This document shows, one piece after another, positions 30,846-44,655 of a DNA stretch of 64,000 nt. The position numbers were made by a program, and so were the translations under genes. Origin of the DNA: Azolla caroliniana (lineage: Eukaryota > Plantae > Polypodiophyta); the NCBI GenBank assembly GCA_043228905.1, contig JBHGNT010000002.1:13950001-14014000 (forward strand), written 5' to 3'. Under the pieces are notes generated by a model, which saw nothing but the letters and a program-made list of their open reading frames with translations, was not told the origin of the DNA and searched no databases. Each line of letters begins with the position of its first letter. The first letter of the stretch is position 1.

Positions 30846-33505
30846 AGTCATTAGATCTCGTTCTCATCACCCTCTTCATCATCAGATTCAATATTAGTTG
30901 ATGACATCAACACAGGCTCTTCGTAAGTAAGATCATCATAATTAGTATGAACTGCTTCTTCTATTGCATTGAATTATCTTGATCATCTAGTGGTAAAGAA
31001 GCAAATGTACTTGATCGTGTTATTCTCCTATTACAAGAAGACCGCTCATCATCTCTTCTTGGCCTCTGCCTCCGTATTTGATTAGTAGGGACCCCATCAC
31101 TTGATGTTGTCATATGTGATCTTGTCATGCTCCTTGTCCTTCTTCTCATGATCATTGTTTCTTGAAAATAAGTTTCATAGAATTCTCTATCCATATCATT
31201 GTCATGGCTAATAGATGGAATATTAGGAGTCTTAGAGACATCTATCTCATTTGGATTCACTTGCAAACAAATTTATAAAAACTTTAACCTCTAAGTATCA
31301 CAAACTAATGTGTCCATGGCAATAACTAGTTACTAGTACTTACGAAATTTGAGGAATATAAATTATAAAAAGAATGAATAAAACAATACATGCATTGGAG
31401 ATGCATTCACAGTCTCAAACTTGCGAACTAGCCTTAAGTTCTCTCGCACATATACCAATCGCTCAAGTTGTGCTAGCTTTAGTTTGTTTCTATTTTTTGT
31501 ATGTGCGAGAGCATGTGCATTCCAATTCCTTTTCGCTACCCCAGAAGAGCAATCCTAATAAAAAACAAAATGTGAAATAAAATACAGTGCACAAAAGTGA
31601 GCTATTTTAGAACTTAACTATAAAATTGATCATTTTTTCAACACTTGACACTTGGGATAATATGCGGACGACTAATGCTTGGAGCTTTGGAGTTCTTCCA
31701 CCACAATTTTCCCACCATGTGATTGGCGTCATCATAGATATCTCCTCACGTGCTAATGCATAGCTAAATGTCCCCGTTAACAATCGACAACGGTTCGGAT
31801 GCAACAAATGAGCTACAAGGTGGATTGGCCTCTTGAACCATTTCCATCGTATATCAAATAACTTCAAAACATCTTCATACCTAAAAGGGTATTACAAAAT
31901 GAACTAATCTTAAAATATGCACAAACATTTGAAGGTTTAATGCTAGGAAACCATAACAAATTAAAATAAATATGAAACTTACTTGGATTTGTGGGGGATG
32001 TTTTCTTCCACTCCTTTTGCTAAAACATCTTTGCTTCTTCGCATAAACTCATATAACAAACCAATGGTGGATCCCTCCCTATCAGTAAGTCGTAAAACAC
32101 TATATAATGGTGCCATTAGGGTCAAAACAACTTGAAACGAGGACTCAGTTGTAGGATCAAGGATGTAGTTCTTTACATTCATTGCATCTGGCTTATTGCA
32201 ATCAGACCAATACCTCCACATCTCACTCACCACTGTTTGCTCAAGAGGATGCCAAACTTTGAGCAAACGTTGTATGACAAGGTACCTCACACCAAACCTT
32301 GTCTTGGAAGGTCTCAAGATGGCGAGGTTACTCTGAGCAGAAAAGCATTTGCTAGCATTCCTCTTCTTGCAAACAAAACGTACGATATTATTTGCTTTCA
32401 ACATAATACTTTTTATCCAAGGCAAATGACCAATGTCCTCCAAAAGTAGATCCAAAGAATGTGTTGCACATGGAGTCCAAACAATATTAGTGAACTCTGA
32501 TTCTAGCAAAGACCCCATGCAGACACAACTAGATGCATTGTTTGAAATGACTTGGACCACATTTTCCTTACCAACGTCTCTAATTGCCTCTGAAATACTT
32601 TCAGCGAACCAAGAGCTATCAACTATTGGCGTTGTATTAGCATGGTTGCAATCAATGAACTTGAGGAACATTGTTCCATAACAAGATGATACGAGGTATT
32701 TACAAGTTGCCTATGCGAAACATCAACCCATCCATCTGTTAGTATAGAACAACCATACTTGGGCCATAATCCTCTTAAACCCTTTCTAACTTTTCTTGCA
32801 AGGATATAACCTCAGTTTTCAAGCCTTTCATCCTCATGTAACTATATGTGACTCCACTATGTTTCTCTCCAATTGTAGAGAAAGCTTCTAACATGTTCCG
32901 CCAGCATGGTGTTTTTAGTAGATTAAATGAAAAATTTGCTTCAATGATACATCTCACCTCCATAATGTTTGCATGTTGTTTCCTTTGCATTTGTAACATG
33001 TCCTTTTTTGAATGGTTGTTGTTTCACTATAATTCCTGGTGGATATGGTTGGTGACTACCACCAGCCATACATGACATGCTTTGACTTTCACCAACAAAG
33101 GTAGATGAGCATGAGGTAGAAACACCTAAAAGAGAAAAAATTTCAAGATAAATCATTTACAATTATTGAAACATTAGTAATCAAGACACCTATTGTAGGC
33201 TTGTGTCTATACCTTGTTCAGGCATGTTGAATGAGTCGATCTCTGCTACTATATCTTCTTCTTCGCCAATTTCTCGGCTTCCACAATTACCATACAAAGT
33301 TGTAAGGTCAATCAACATTTCCTTGGGGATATTCATACATTTTGTTACTCCATGGTTGGGTTTTCCGATTAAATGAGCAATCATTCGTGTTGCTGACCCA
33401 TGCATATGTTTGTTGCAAAATTTACAATTCCAACTTCTATTTAATGTTTGACTTCTTGTGACATTGAGACAACATTATCCCAATATTTGTTCTTAATGGG
33501 GGCAT
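30846..33505 (-). pseudogene. hAT-family transposase (BED finger, DUF659, dimerisation domain), spliced and decayed
   Basis: WNCKFC..H..ATRMIAHL (BED finger); CSILTDGW; ENVVQVISNNA; WTPCATHSLDLLLEDIG; TRF; PITWW...PKLQAL..RILSQ; ERNWN. Frameshifts present; termini not identified. Confidence 0.88.
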
Positions 33506-33558
33506 TTTCCTTCTTTATGTTCTACAAATCAATAAAATTGAGATAATTAGAAAACACA

Positions 33559-34583
33559 ATGGCATACTTGGAAAGTGTAGTTTCTCAGCTAGAGATGAAT
33601 ATTACTATTAAAGGGAATCAAAGTGGCAAATATCGAGTAGAAAGGATGGGAGAAATAGAGAATGAAATGAGGGATAAATCTAGAGAAATCCAAAGCCTAG
33701 ATGGGCATCAATCTATATTGTTAAAGGAAATTGAGATACTGAAAATGGGAAATAATGCACAAAAAGAGGAGATTCAATGCTTCCAACAACAAATCTTTGG
33801 CTTTTTGAATGAGATAAAATCCTTGCGAAAAGAGAATAATGGGTATGAGTCTGTGATTACATCATAGAAAGGGTAGCTCAAAAGGTTGAGGGAAAAGACT
33901 ATAAAAGTTGAGGAAGATTATATGAATGCATTAAAGCAAATTGAAGAACTGAAAACTTTGAATAGGTCGACCTTTAGGGAGGATGAGGATTATACTGCTT
34001 TAAATAAGCAGCTAGAGGATACTCAAGAGTATCTTTTATCTATAGAAAGCAAATACAAGAAAATGTTATAGTTAAGGACATGCATAAAAGCAGAAAATTC
34101 AACTCTTTTGGAAGCCAAAAGGGAAGCAGAATTTACTATAACTCAACTAAAGAGCCTTAATGCTTAACGACATGCATAAAAGCAAAAAATTCAACTCTTT
34201 TGGAAGCCAAAAGGGAAACAAAATTTACTATCACTCCACTAAATAGCCTTAATGCGAGTGTAGACGAGAAGCCACATATGGAAGAATTGAAGATCTTAGA
34301 ACTACAACAACATGAGCATGATGAAGATAAACTCTCAGTGCTTATTGATGAGATGACTTCAAAGTTCAGAATCCAGATGAAGTTGTTGGAGCAGGGAATG
34401 GTCACCCACGAGAAGGAAATGGAAAAGAAAGTTCATGACCTGCACGAAGAGAACAAAACTCATAAAAACCACATTGAGGAGCTGGAAAATGAGATAGAAT
34501 TAGTGTCAGATCTTAGAAAACATTTAAAAGAAACAATATCAGAACTTGAAATTCAAATACAACAAAATGGGAGGTGTACCTAA
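33559..34583 (+). pseudogene. Decayed coiled-coil protein ORF, head-to-head with the hAT transposase
   Basis: E/K/L/I-rich ORF pieces 33559-33867, 33886-34071 and 34200-34583; ~65-bp internal duplication (34078-34141 vs 34169-34231). Confidence 0.55.
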
Positions 34584-36284
34584 TCATCAAAAATAAAAGA
34601 AAGACAAAATTATTCCCTAACCAGCTTCTTTTATTTTCTTCTTCTTCTTCTTCTCTTCTATTCTTCTTTCTTCCTTCTTTTTTACTAAAATCGTATTTTT
34701 CTTTTGCTTTTTTTTATGGTTTTACTTACATTTTTTTATAAATATGTATTATACCTATTTTTTAAAATGTAAGTTAAATACCGTATTAAACAAATGTACA
34801 TGACATTTGACTGAACAACATTGACATATAGTGCGCACTATACAAATTATGAGGTATTATATGTATTGATACGTTAAATACGCGTACATAAACAACGCTG
34901 CAACGAAAAATAGAAGATACACAGAGAATGTGAGTGAAGGGTAAGTACACAGTAAGAGAGAGATAGAGCTAGTAGACATCATATTCAATTCAAAAAATAA
35001 TAACGCTCTATACATACAATGTGCTCATACAACACTTTTTATACAAGCCCTTGACATTGGACTGACACAAGTACTGACAAGTACTTAAATAGTCATAAGT
35101 AAGCATCTGACACTAATTGCCTATTATATTCCTAGGCCTGTTGCCTCCCAGCCAATCTGGATGTTGGCTTCTTAAGCCGATTCGGTCCATGTTAAGCTTG
35201 TCGCTCAACACTCCCCCTCAAGATCAACATGAGGTTGTCATTCACTCCAGCTGGTCCTCCACTCCGTCTCCTTTTGTCAGCTTGCCTCTTGGCCCGTGTT
35301 CCTCGACTCGTCTGGTTGGCTTGTCTTCTCCTTAGGCCTTTGTCGGCCTCCTTCCCGCCTCTTCGGCTTCGGCATCCTCCGATCCGTCGACTCTCCAGTC
35401 TCGACATTGTCTTCGACTACCCTCTTGCTCGAACAATGTTCTCTTGATTCGGCTCATTCGAATCATCTTCTTTATCCGAATCGGAAATCTCCAATTCGCC
35501 TTCTCCTTTAGTTCTCCCCTTGCCTTAGGCTGGCCCTGCTTATTTGCTACCTTTCATTCTCTTACCTCTTTTAGCTGTCCTCTCAACTTTCGCCCTCAAG
35601 TTCGGCACATCGAGGCGCTGTAACCCAAGCATGCCCGAGAATTATTGCAACTTGTCGACTACAAGAGGTTTGGTGAAGATGTCGACCACTTGCCGATCGA
35701 TCAGAATGTATTTCAATTTGACTTCGCCATTGACAACCCGCTTGCGCATGAAGTGATAATGCACCTCTATCTTTGCAAGCTGGATGCTAATGAGGCTGTC
35801 ACAATAGATCATCGTTGGATCGACAACCTCCACTTGCAGATCCTTTAATCGTCGCTTAAGCCAAATGGCTTCACATGTAGCGACAACCACTCCTCGATAT
35901 TTGGCCTCAATGCTTGAGAACGTTATTGTCGTTTGCTTCTTGCTACACCAAGCAATCACCGCACTCCCCAAGGAGAACGCATATCTCGATGTCGATCAGC
36001 GATAGCCGACATATTCAGCCCAATTAGCATCCATGTAGCTGAGTACATGTTCGACTAAACTAGTCCGATACAACAACCCATGATCCTTCGTGCCACTAAC
36101 ATACGCCGGTATTTGATGTATGCAGTGAAGGTGTCTGGCCATCGACTTCAACATGAATTGGTTGATCACACCGATCAGATAGCTGAGATCGGGTTGGGTG
36201 ATCATTAGGGAGATAAGGCTTCGAACAATCTATTAGAACTTTGCTGCATCACAAACCGGTGATCAATCGTGGTGAAGCTTTATA

Positions 36285-39200
36285 CAGACAACTTAATACA
36301 AGATTCATGCCCCTTTTTATAGGTAAGCATGAACTATTACAATGCCGAATCAGATTGGCATATCCTTTCAAATTATGTCTCTAACACCAAAAGTCATAGA
36401 TATTCGGAAATAATCCCTTCATATTTAATATTATTTCAGCTACAATAATATTTATATTTGTAAAAAGATATGTCCGTGGAGGCATTATGTGCAAACATAG
36501 TTGGCTCGGCCAGACAACAAAAAACAGACAGTTAGGAATACACAAAGTAGGGAGAGAGAGAGAGTCTGAGTGAGCAAACACATAAAACTTCTATTACAAA
36601 AATGACTCAGTACTCAGTACATACAATGTGCTGACAAAGCACTTTTTATACAAAACTTCTGATCGGGCTGACATGAAGTAATGACAGGTACTTCAATGCT
36701 CATTGACTGAGCCTGACACTAATTAGCCTATGATAGGCCTATTTACTAAAATAGGCATCTAGGCTATCTAACGGCTTGTTGGATTCCATTCGACTTGAGT
36801 AGCCGATTCAACTATCATCTTATTCAGCCGATTCGGGCCTAGCCAATTGACCTATTTATTCATTGAGATTGGCCTGTGTTGAGCTTGTTCACTCAACACT
36901 CCCCCTCAAGCTCAACTTGAGGTCCCGATGTGTCAGCTCTAGCCGGTTCTAGCCTCCGGCTTCTCCTAGCGTCTTCATGCCTTGCTTGCGCTCCTTATCT
37001 AGTTTGGTCCCATGTCCCATGACCCCTCTGGTCCAACACTCCTCGACCCGTATGATCCGAATGTCTACTCTTCAGGCCCTTATTAGCTCCCTCGCTATCG
37101 CGGCATTGGCGCCCCTTGGCTCCTCCGTATCGACGTCAGTTTCAGCTGCCTCCTTGTTTGCTTGGCCTTCATGTGATTCGGCTTGTCTGAATCACTATTT
37201 TCATCTGAATCTCATATCTCCAATTTATTCCTGCTTTTGTCTGAATTGGTTGTCTCTGATTCATTCCTTATAGGTTTAGGGTTTAGGATTTGTAGTTCGT
37301 TAGTCCGAACTTGAAGAGCATACTCATCACATAATGCCTTTGGCTGATCAGTATGCCTTCCGGGATGCGGATCACTTTGATCTCGAGGAAGTAATGAAGG
37401 TTCCCCAGATCTTTCTTGTTGAATGATGCGGCAAGTTGGGACTTCACGCGACCGATTTCTTCTAGGTTGGTGCCGGGAATGACCAGATCATCAACATAAA
37501 GCAGAATGCTTACTGGCCCATCCCAACCCTATGAGATGAAAAGTGAAGAGTCTGACCTCGACGGAGCAAACCCCATCCGATGCAACCACTGTGTGATCTT
37601 CGCGTTCCAAGCATGTGGGGCTTGCTTTAGTCCGTAGAGAGACTTCTTCAGTCGGAAGACAACCGAGTGTTCAATCCAAACTGAAATTTGGGAGGCTGCA
37701 CCATATACACCCATTCCTCAAGCGCTCCTTGTAGGAACATGTTCTTCACGTCCATCTGGTGTAGGTGCCATCCCTTCGTCGCAGCCATCGCTAACACCCC
37801 CATGGTTGTCATCTTGGCAACTGATATGAACATAGTCGATGTCGAGTTGTGGCGCATAGCCCTTGGCCACCATTTGGGCCTTGTATTGGTTGACGGAGCC
37901 GTCAGCGTTATACTTTACTTTGTACACCCACCTGCATCCAGTCGGCTTCACAAATTTGGGGGCGTCAACCAGGTCCCACGTTTCATTCTCTGCTAATGCG
38001 CACATATCTTCCTCCATTGCGGTTCACCAATTTGTGTCTTTCACCGCCTCTACATAGTTCTCCGGCTCATGCACTTCCGCCACCTTCGCCATATATGCAT
38101 AGTGATGCACAATGTATTCATTATACCCATACTGGATTATGGGGTTCTTATGGTGGTTGGATTGTCGCAACCTTTGGTTCGCCGATTTCATGGCCCTCTT
38201 GGCCAATTCCAACCTCATCTCTAGAGGTCCATCTTCGTTCCTAGCTGTGTCGGATTCACTCCAGTCCGATACGTCAACATTTGTGTTGTATCCCGACATC
38301 TTCATCTTCCCCTTCTCCTTGCGCGTAAACCATGTCCTTGGTTTCTAGCGTGGGGACTGCATGGTCGAGTCTCCACTACTCGCCGACTCTTCATTGGGTT
38401 GGCTATTCCGGCTCAGCCCCTCATTTGGCCCAGTTAGCCGAAATGAGATCGACTCTTTTCTAGAGTGCCGATTTCCTCCTCAACTAGGGGGTCGGTCTCA
38501 CTGGCCTCATCCTCAAAATTTAGAATGGAGACTTCAGGGGTAGGAGTTAGCATGGTGAGGCCGATTCATCGAACACATGTCAACTAACTTGAACCTGTTT
38601 GGTCTAGGAATTATAACACTTATAACCCTTCTGCTCATCTAAGTAGCCGACCAAAATACATTTCTCGGATTTGGGGTCTAGCTTCCTCCACTTCTCCTTT
38701 GGCACATGCACGTATGCTACACTGCCTAATACCCTCAAGTGTCCCAGATTCAACCTCTTTCTAAAATACAACTCATGTGGCGACACTTCTCCATTTTCCG
38801 ATGTTCGATTCTGCAGGTATACAACCATCCTAACGACTTTGACCTAGTAGAACTTGGGCATATGTGTCTCCTCGAGCATTGCCCTAGCTGCTTCCTCTAT
38901 TGTCTGATTCTTTCGCTCAGCCACACCGTTCTACTCCGACGTGTATCTACAAGAGAATTTGCGATGAATTCCCTCCTTTTGCAGATAGCTTGAGAACTGG
39001 TCAGAAAAGTACTCTTTTCTGCTATCGGTCCTAAGGCATTTGATTTTTCGTCCCTAATTGGAAGTTGATGTTCTTCCCTAACTGGCTAGCTTCACATATT
39101 TGGCCTTTCTAGCCACTGAATCTTGGCAGGTTGCAAACCACCTGTTTCGCCTACGTCTCTTGAAGCTTAGGGAAGTTGACTTGGCCGACTCACTTGTGCC

Positions 39201-40712
39201 ACAGGTCGAGATCTAATTTGACCTTTTGCCTTTTGACAAACATCCTCCCTTCTCGGCGCCCTTGTGTGATAATACGACCTTTTTCTTCAATGAAGCACCC
39301 AAGGTGAGTGAACTAAACCTGCATTCCTTGATTGACGATTTGTTCCAGTCACACTAGGTTCTTGGTGATTGTCAGGACGTTCCTCATTATTCCTCTCTGG
39401 CTGACATTGCTTTGAGGGACGTCTCTGATGTGCTCGATGGGATGTGGGGAGTCGTCGCTAGCTTGGACGACCCTTGACTATTCTGGTTTCTCCAGCGTAG
39501 AGAACAACTCATTGTGGTTCATCATATGGTTTGATGCAGCGGAATCCATATATCACACCTCCTTCAATTTTGAGGTGTTTGCCGCCATCGACTTGGCCTT
39601 GTGCTTTCTAGCTGACCCTGAGCATTTGGCATAGTGCGATCTTTGACGCTCATTTGCATCTCCTTGGCTCGATCCGGCTCTGTCCGAATTGACATGCTTC
39701 TTTCAACACTCACTATGGACCTTCTGGTCACAATACAAATAGTCTGTCATGACCTTCCCTTGCCGGCTTTTGGTGCTGCCTTGACTCCCCCTTCTTGTGG
39801 AGGGTTCATTTTTGTCGACACTTTCTCTGTGTGTCTAATTCTGCTCCTGTCGGTGGCCTCCATTGCGCGCCAACCCGCTATGTCCACCACGGCCATGGGG
39901 CCCTTCTGCCTCCGTGCACAACATCTTGATATCAACGTGCATCCTTGTTGACCTACTCACATGGTTTTCTTCAAAAAGTAACATCAATTGTAGCTCGAAG
40001 AACAACGCCATATTCTCTCTCGTGCAGACTGCCGTTTGGAATGATCCGAATCTAGACGCCAAGCCTCCAAGGTAGACTTGCACCATTTCATCCTCCTCGA
40101 TGGTCACTTTGATGGATTCGTGGGAGTCACAGATCTTCTTGATCCGGGCAGTGTAATTGGCCACTGACAGGTCGTTCTATCGAACATTGCTCATCCCCTG
40201 CCTGACCTATAACTTCCTGGCGATTGTGCTAGCGGCAAAAATCCTTTTAAGATTCGCCCACACATCTTTTGGCGTCTTGGCATCCCAAATATAGCTCAAA
40301 AGTTTATCTCTCACACAAGATGAAAAGCAATACAGATTTGTACTTGCCACATGTTCTTAGGCCGGAAAATCTCTGTGTGTCGAATCCGATGCTACATCAT
40401 TCGCTCCTTCGAAGTAACTCTAGTACCATGCCCAAGCAAGTACTGGTGCATCTTGTACAAGCAAGATGCATAGTTACTCCTATCGAGTTTTTTTGTTGGA
40501 AGTGAGCTTTCCATGCATCTGTCCATGTTCTTGTCTTTTCTTCTCCAAAAGACAAAAACTCGTCTCTATGCTTGTTCACGTGTTAGCTGTAGAGGACTCT
40601 TCTAAACCTCACACTCTGATAACATGTAAAAAGATACGTGTGAGAAATCGTTATGTGTGAACACAGCCGGCTCGGTCGGACAATAGAAAACAAATAGTTA
40701 GGAATACACAAA

Positions 40713-40763
<51 letters not shown>

Positions 40764-43639
40764 GAGTGAGGAGACATGAAAAACTTCTATTACAAAAATG
40801 ACTCAATACTTAGTACATACAATGTGCTCACAGAGCACTTTTTATACAAGCCCTCTGACAAGGTTGACATGAAGTACTGACAGGTACTTCACTGCTGATT
40901 AATTGAGCCTGACATTAATTAGCCTATAATAGGCCTATTTACTAAAATAGGCATCTAGGCTATCTAACGGCCCGTCAGATTCCATTCGACTCGGCCATGC
41001 CTTCCATATTGCTTCTGAACTCTCTGCAATCCTCATATCCAACCATTTTCTATGGTTTTCCATAAGGATCTTTATCCTTGTGGCTCGCATTTTGACTTTT
41101 GTTGAGGCTTCTTGCTTTTCCCGCTTGAGTCACTTAATTGTGGTTGTTGACAATTGCACTTCTATTTCATAATTCTGGACTTGTGAATTATAACTTTTAA
41201 TAATCCTTTCCAGAGTCCTCTTGCCATCTTCAATAGTTATGTCTGTTATAGGTTTAGGTTTAGGGTTCATAATTACAATAGTGATGATGATTAATAGAAA
41301 TAGGGTTAGCGATGATGATGGATTGATGACCAATCTAGATGGTGATGGAGATTATGAGTGTTGCGGGGTAATAACATGATTGCGATGTGCATTGAGAAGC
41401 ATTGCAAGGGTGGGGGGTGGCACCTGCAATGGATCCACCCCCCTCCCAAGAGGGTTCACCGTGAGGGAGGGAGGGAGAGAGAGTTACATCAAAGAGAAAG
41501 ATAAATGAGAGAGAACTTGTTCCTTATCATTCATTTCCCAAGACGGGTTAAATATTTACAATAAGATTAGATACATAGGGGTACATGCCCCTTTAGCCAT
41601 CTACACTATTCACTCACTCATAGATCTTCTTATCTATCCACATGCACACACGTGTGCATGTGTTCACATACGTATCTACTCACAATCACAATTACACTTG
41701 TGCACATTTACACATACAGATCAACACTTTACTCTTTCACCCTCACTTGTCATTCTCAAATCTCCGTACATCTCGTATAGTAACACATTGTGCATTCCAA
41801 GGCCGAGCGGCTGGGGTTTAAGCATGTAGTGCATTGTACGGCCTGCCAGAATCTCAACTCTTCCTCTTTTGGCAATGCGTGATGTAGCGCTCCCATTGAC
41901 ATTGCATTACCATTCTGAGCGTGGTCCATGTCTAGCACCCGATCAATCACATGTTCCAAGGTGTCAGTTTTAAAGTCCAATGCGGCCAAAGATGTTAGGA
42001 GAGGTTCTCGAATGGCTATAACGAATGTTTCTTTCAAATCCTCCTCCAACGGCGGTTTTCGTAGATTTTGGAATCTAATGAGGAACTGCGGCACCGTTTC
42101 AGACTACTCTTGGTAGGTTGCATAGTATTGTCCAATCAACTCCCTCTAACCAACTCGTCGGTGAAACAACCATAGAAATTTGTCTGACAACTGTTGGAAG
42201 GTTCCATCTAGTGACAAACCAAATTCAACAACTTTCGACGCATTAGTGTCAGTTGTGGACAGTCTCTGGGAGACATGGTTCACTTGCCATGTTGTCTGGA
42301 ATGTTCGTAGATGAGCCCCGACATCAGGTTCATCATTATACTTTGGGTATGAGTATGGCATATTGTCTTTTTAGTCAACTCTTGGTGTTGTTGGTTCTAT
42401 TTGTGGATCTTGTTGCTTGGGTTATGCGACAGTCGGTGGTGTTCGTGAAGGATTTTCTACTTCTGCTGGTATTTGTATCGGAATCTCCGTTGGTACCGGC
42501 GGTGTTTGTATCGAAGTCTCCGCCTCTACTGGTGGTGTCTGTATGGGGTTTTCTACTTCCACCTGCGGTATTTGTGTTGAGGTCATTACTACTTCTGGTG
42601 GTGTCCGTTCCAATGTCTCTTCGGCCTGCTCCTACGGAGTGCCATGACTGGAATGTTAGTTGGAATTCACTCTTTGGTTGTCTGGTGGGTCGTTGTCTGA
42701 GCCGAAATTGCTAGTCATTTATTCCAATGTGGAGAATGCAGTCCAATCCTCCTCTCTAGTTGCTAATGTTTGCAATATGGATTGGGTGCCTACAAGGTTT
42801 GTTGTGCTGCTTTCACTGTCGTTGTTGCTGTAATTTTGTAACTGAGCCCTTTGTTCGACTATCCTCCGAGGACTTTGGGAAAAACGATCGATCCTGTCTT
42901 ATCTCCTCTATCACCTTTTGATATACTTTCTGTTTCACTTTGCGTTTCCACAACATCTTCTCTTGTTTGGTTAACGTGTTGATCCATCTAGACGACATCC
43001 ATGCTCCTTTGTTCGCTGCCTCTCGCAGAACCACGTGGTTGCCAATTTGTGTTCCTACTCTTGAGGAAGCACAAGTAGGATAGTCAATCACGGAGTGTCC
43101 TTCACCAAAGATCATGGTAGGAGGGACAGGAATAACATATATATTGCACTTAAAGAATAGTATTTTTTGATCATACAGGGATTTTGTTACAACTGAATCA
43201 ATCAAAACACAGATAGTTCGAATCGGCTACACCGCCAATCGGCTGATAATCACACAACAATTCAAATCTTGTTAAGAATTAACAGTCAAACATAGATCAA
43301 TAGCAAAAAGGGTATTGTATGTAGAAAAAATCTTATATATTATCTGCAGACAACTTTATACAAGATTCCTTCCCCTTTTTATAGGTAAGCATGCACTATT
43401 ACAACGCCGAATCGGATAAGCACATCCTTTCAGATCATGTCCCTAACACCAAAAGTCATAGCTATTTAGATCTAATCCCTTTATATCTAATATTATTTCA
43501 GCTACAATAATATTTATATTAATATTTATTTTTAGCTTCATACTACTCTATTCGAATCGGCATTTCGGTTCGACTTTTATACTGTAACCGACTACTAACC
43601 ATTTTAGCTTCACTCCTTGGTTCGTTCTTAAAGGTAACA
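36285..43639 (-). mobile_element. Divergent, decayed Athila-like family copy
   Basis: 5' LTR 43050-43639 (TGTTCC...GGTAACA). Degenerate PBS TGGCAACCAC. Gag 41756-43000 homologous to the intact element (LPKEEELRFWQAVQCTTCLN). A fragment of the other LTR at 36285-36458 matches ~43347-43520. Confidence 0.75.
36459..40995 (-). mobile_element. Ty1/copia element D (decayed, internally deleted)
   Basis: LTRs 36459-36898 and 40625-~40995 (truncated). PPT at 36899-36910; degenerate Met-i PBS at 40614-40624. Gag, PR (YMDSAASNH), INT and RT remnants related to copia B. Confidence 0.85.
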
Positions 43640-44655
43640 CCTTGCTGGATGAACAATGAAGAGTTAGACTTTGACGGCTAAAACCCCATCCGATGCAAGT
43701 GCTGCATGATCTTTGTGTTCCAAGCTTGAGGGGCTTGCTTTAGTCTAGAAAGGGACTTCTTCAACCGGTAGACTGCTAACTTGTTCATCACCGATTGAAA
43801 TCTGGGGGGCTGTATCATATAAACATGTTCTTCAAGGTTTCCTTGCAGGAATGCGTTCTTCACATCCATTTGATGTAGATGCCACACCTTTGTTGACGCG
43901 ACGGCTAGCACCACATGCACCATCGTCATCTTCGCTACCAACGTGAAGGTCTCATCATAGTTGATGCTGTGTGTTTGTGCATAGCCCTTGCCACCAATTG
44001 GGCCTTGTACTTGTTGATGCTGCCATCATTGGGCCAAAGAGGTCCAGACAGCTGTCTACCTACAGAATCGAACATCTGGAAATGGAGGAGTGTCACCATA
44101 TGAGCTCTACTTCGGAAGGAAACCAAATCTGGGACACTTGAGAGTGTTCGATAGCATTGCCTACATGCATGTGCCAAAGGAGAAACGGAGGAAGCTGGAC
44201 GCAAAAGCCAAGAAGTGCATTATCATTGGCTACTCCGACGAGCAACAAGGTTATAAATGTTATAACCCCCGAACAAAATAGGTCCGGGTCAGTCGAGATG
44301 TCATGTTCGACGAATCGTCGTCATGGTACTTGCCCTCATCTCCGATCCCTAACAACTCCATTCCGATTTCGGCGGACGAGATCAGTGAGGCTGGAATGCC
44401 TCGAGAAGAAGAAGAAATTGGAACTCAAGAAGAGCGTCTGATGTCATTCCGGCTAAGTGAGCCGAATGAGAGACTGAGTCAGATCAACTAGTCAGATGAG
44501 GAGCCGACGAGTGGTGGAGACTCAGCCGTGTTGTCCCCGCCCAAGGAACCAAGGAGATGGTTCACATGGAAAGAGAAGGGGAAGAAGAAGATTCCAAAAT
44601 ATGACTCTGGTAGGGACAAGTCGGATCGGAGAGAATCCAATTCCGAAACCAACAA

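Larger units (their letters stand above)
34862..44655 (-). mobile_element. Ty1/copia element C (decayed), interrupted by nested elements, with an inverted INT piece
   Basis: 3' LTR ~34862-35210 (left end approximate) with PPT TTGAGGGGGAG at 35211-35221. RH and RT end at 35590-36270; RT resumes at 43640-44030. INT and linker lie on the plus strand at 44030-44655. Confidence 0.7.

Noticed and set aside
41400-41725. Possible additional solo LTR (TGCAATGG...ATCAACA)
   Set aside because: No TSD, partner LTR or PBS that I could verify.
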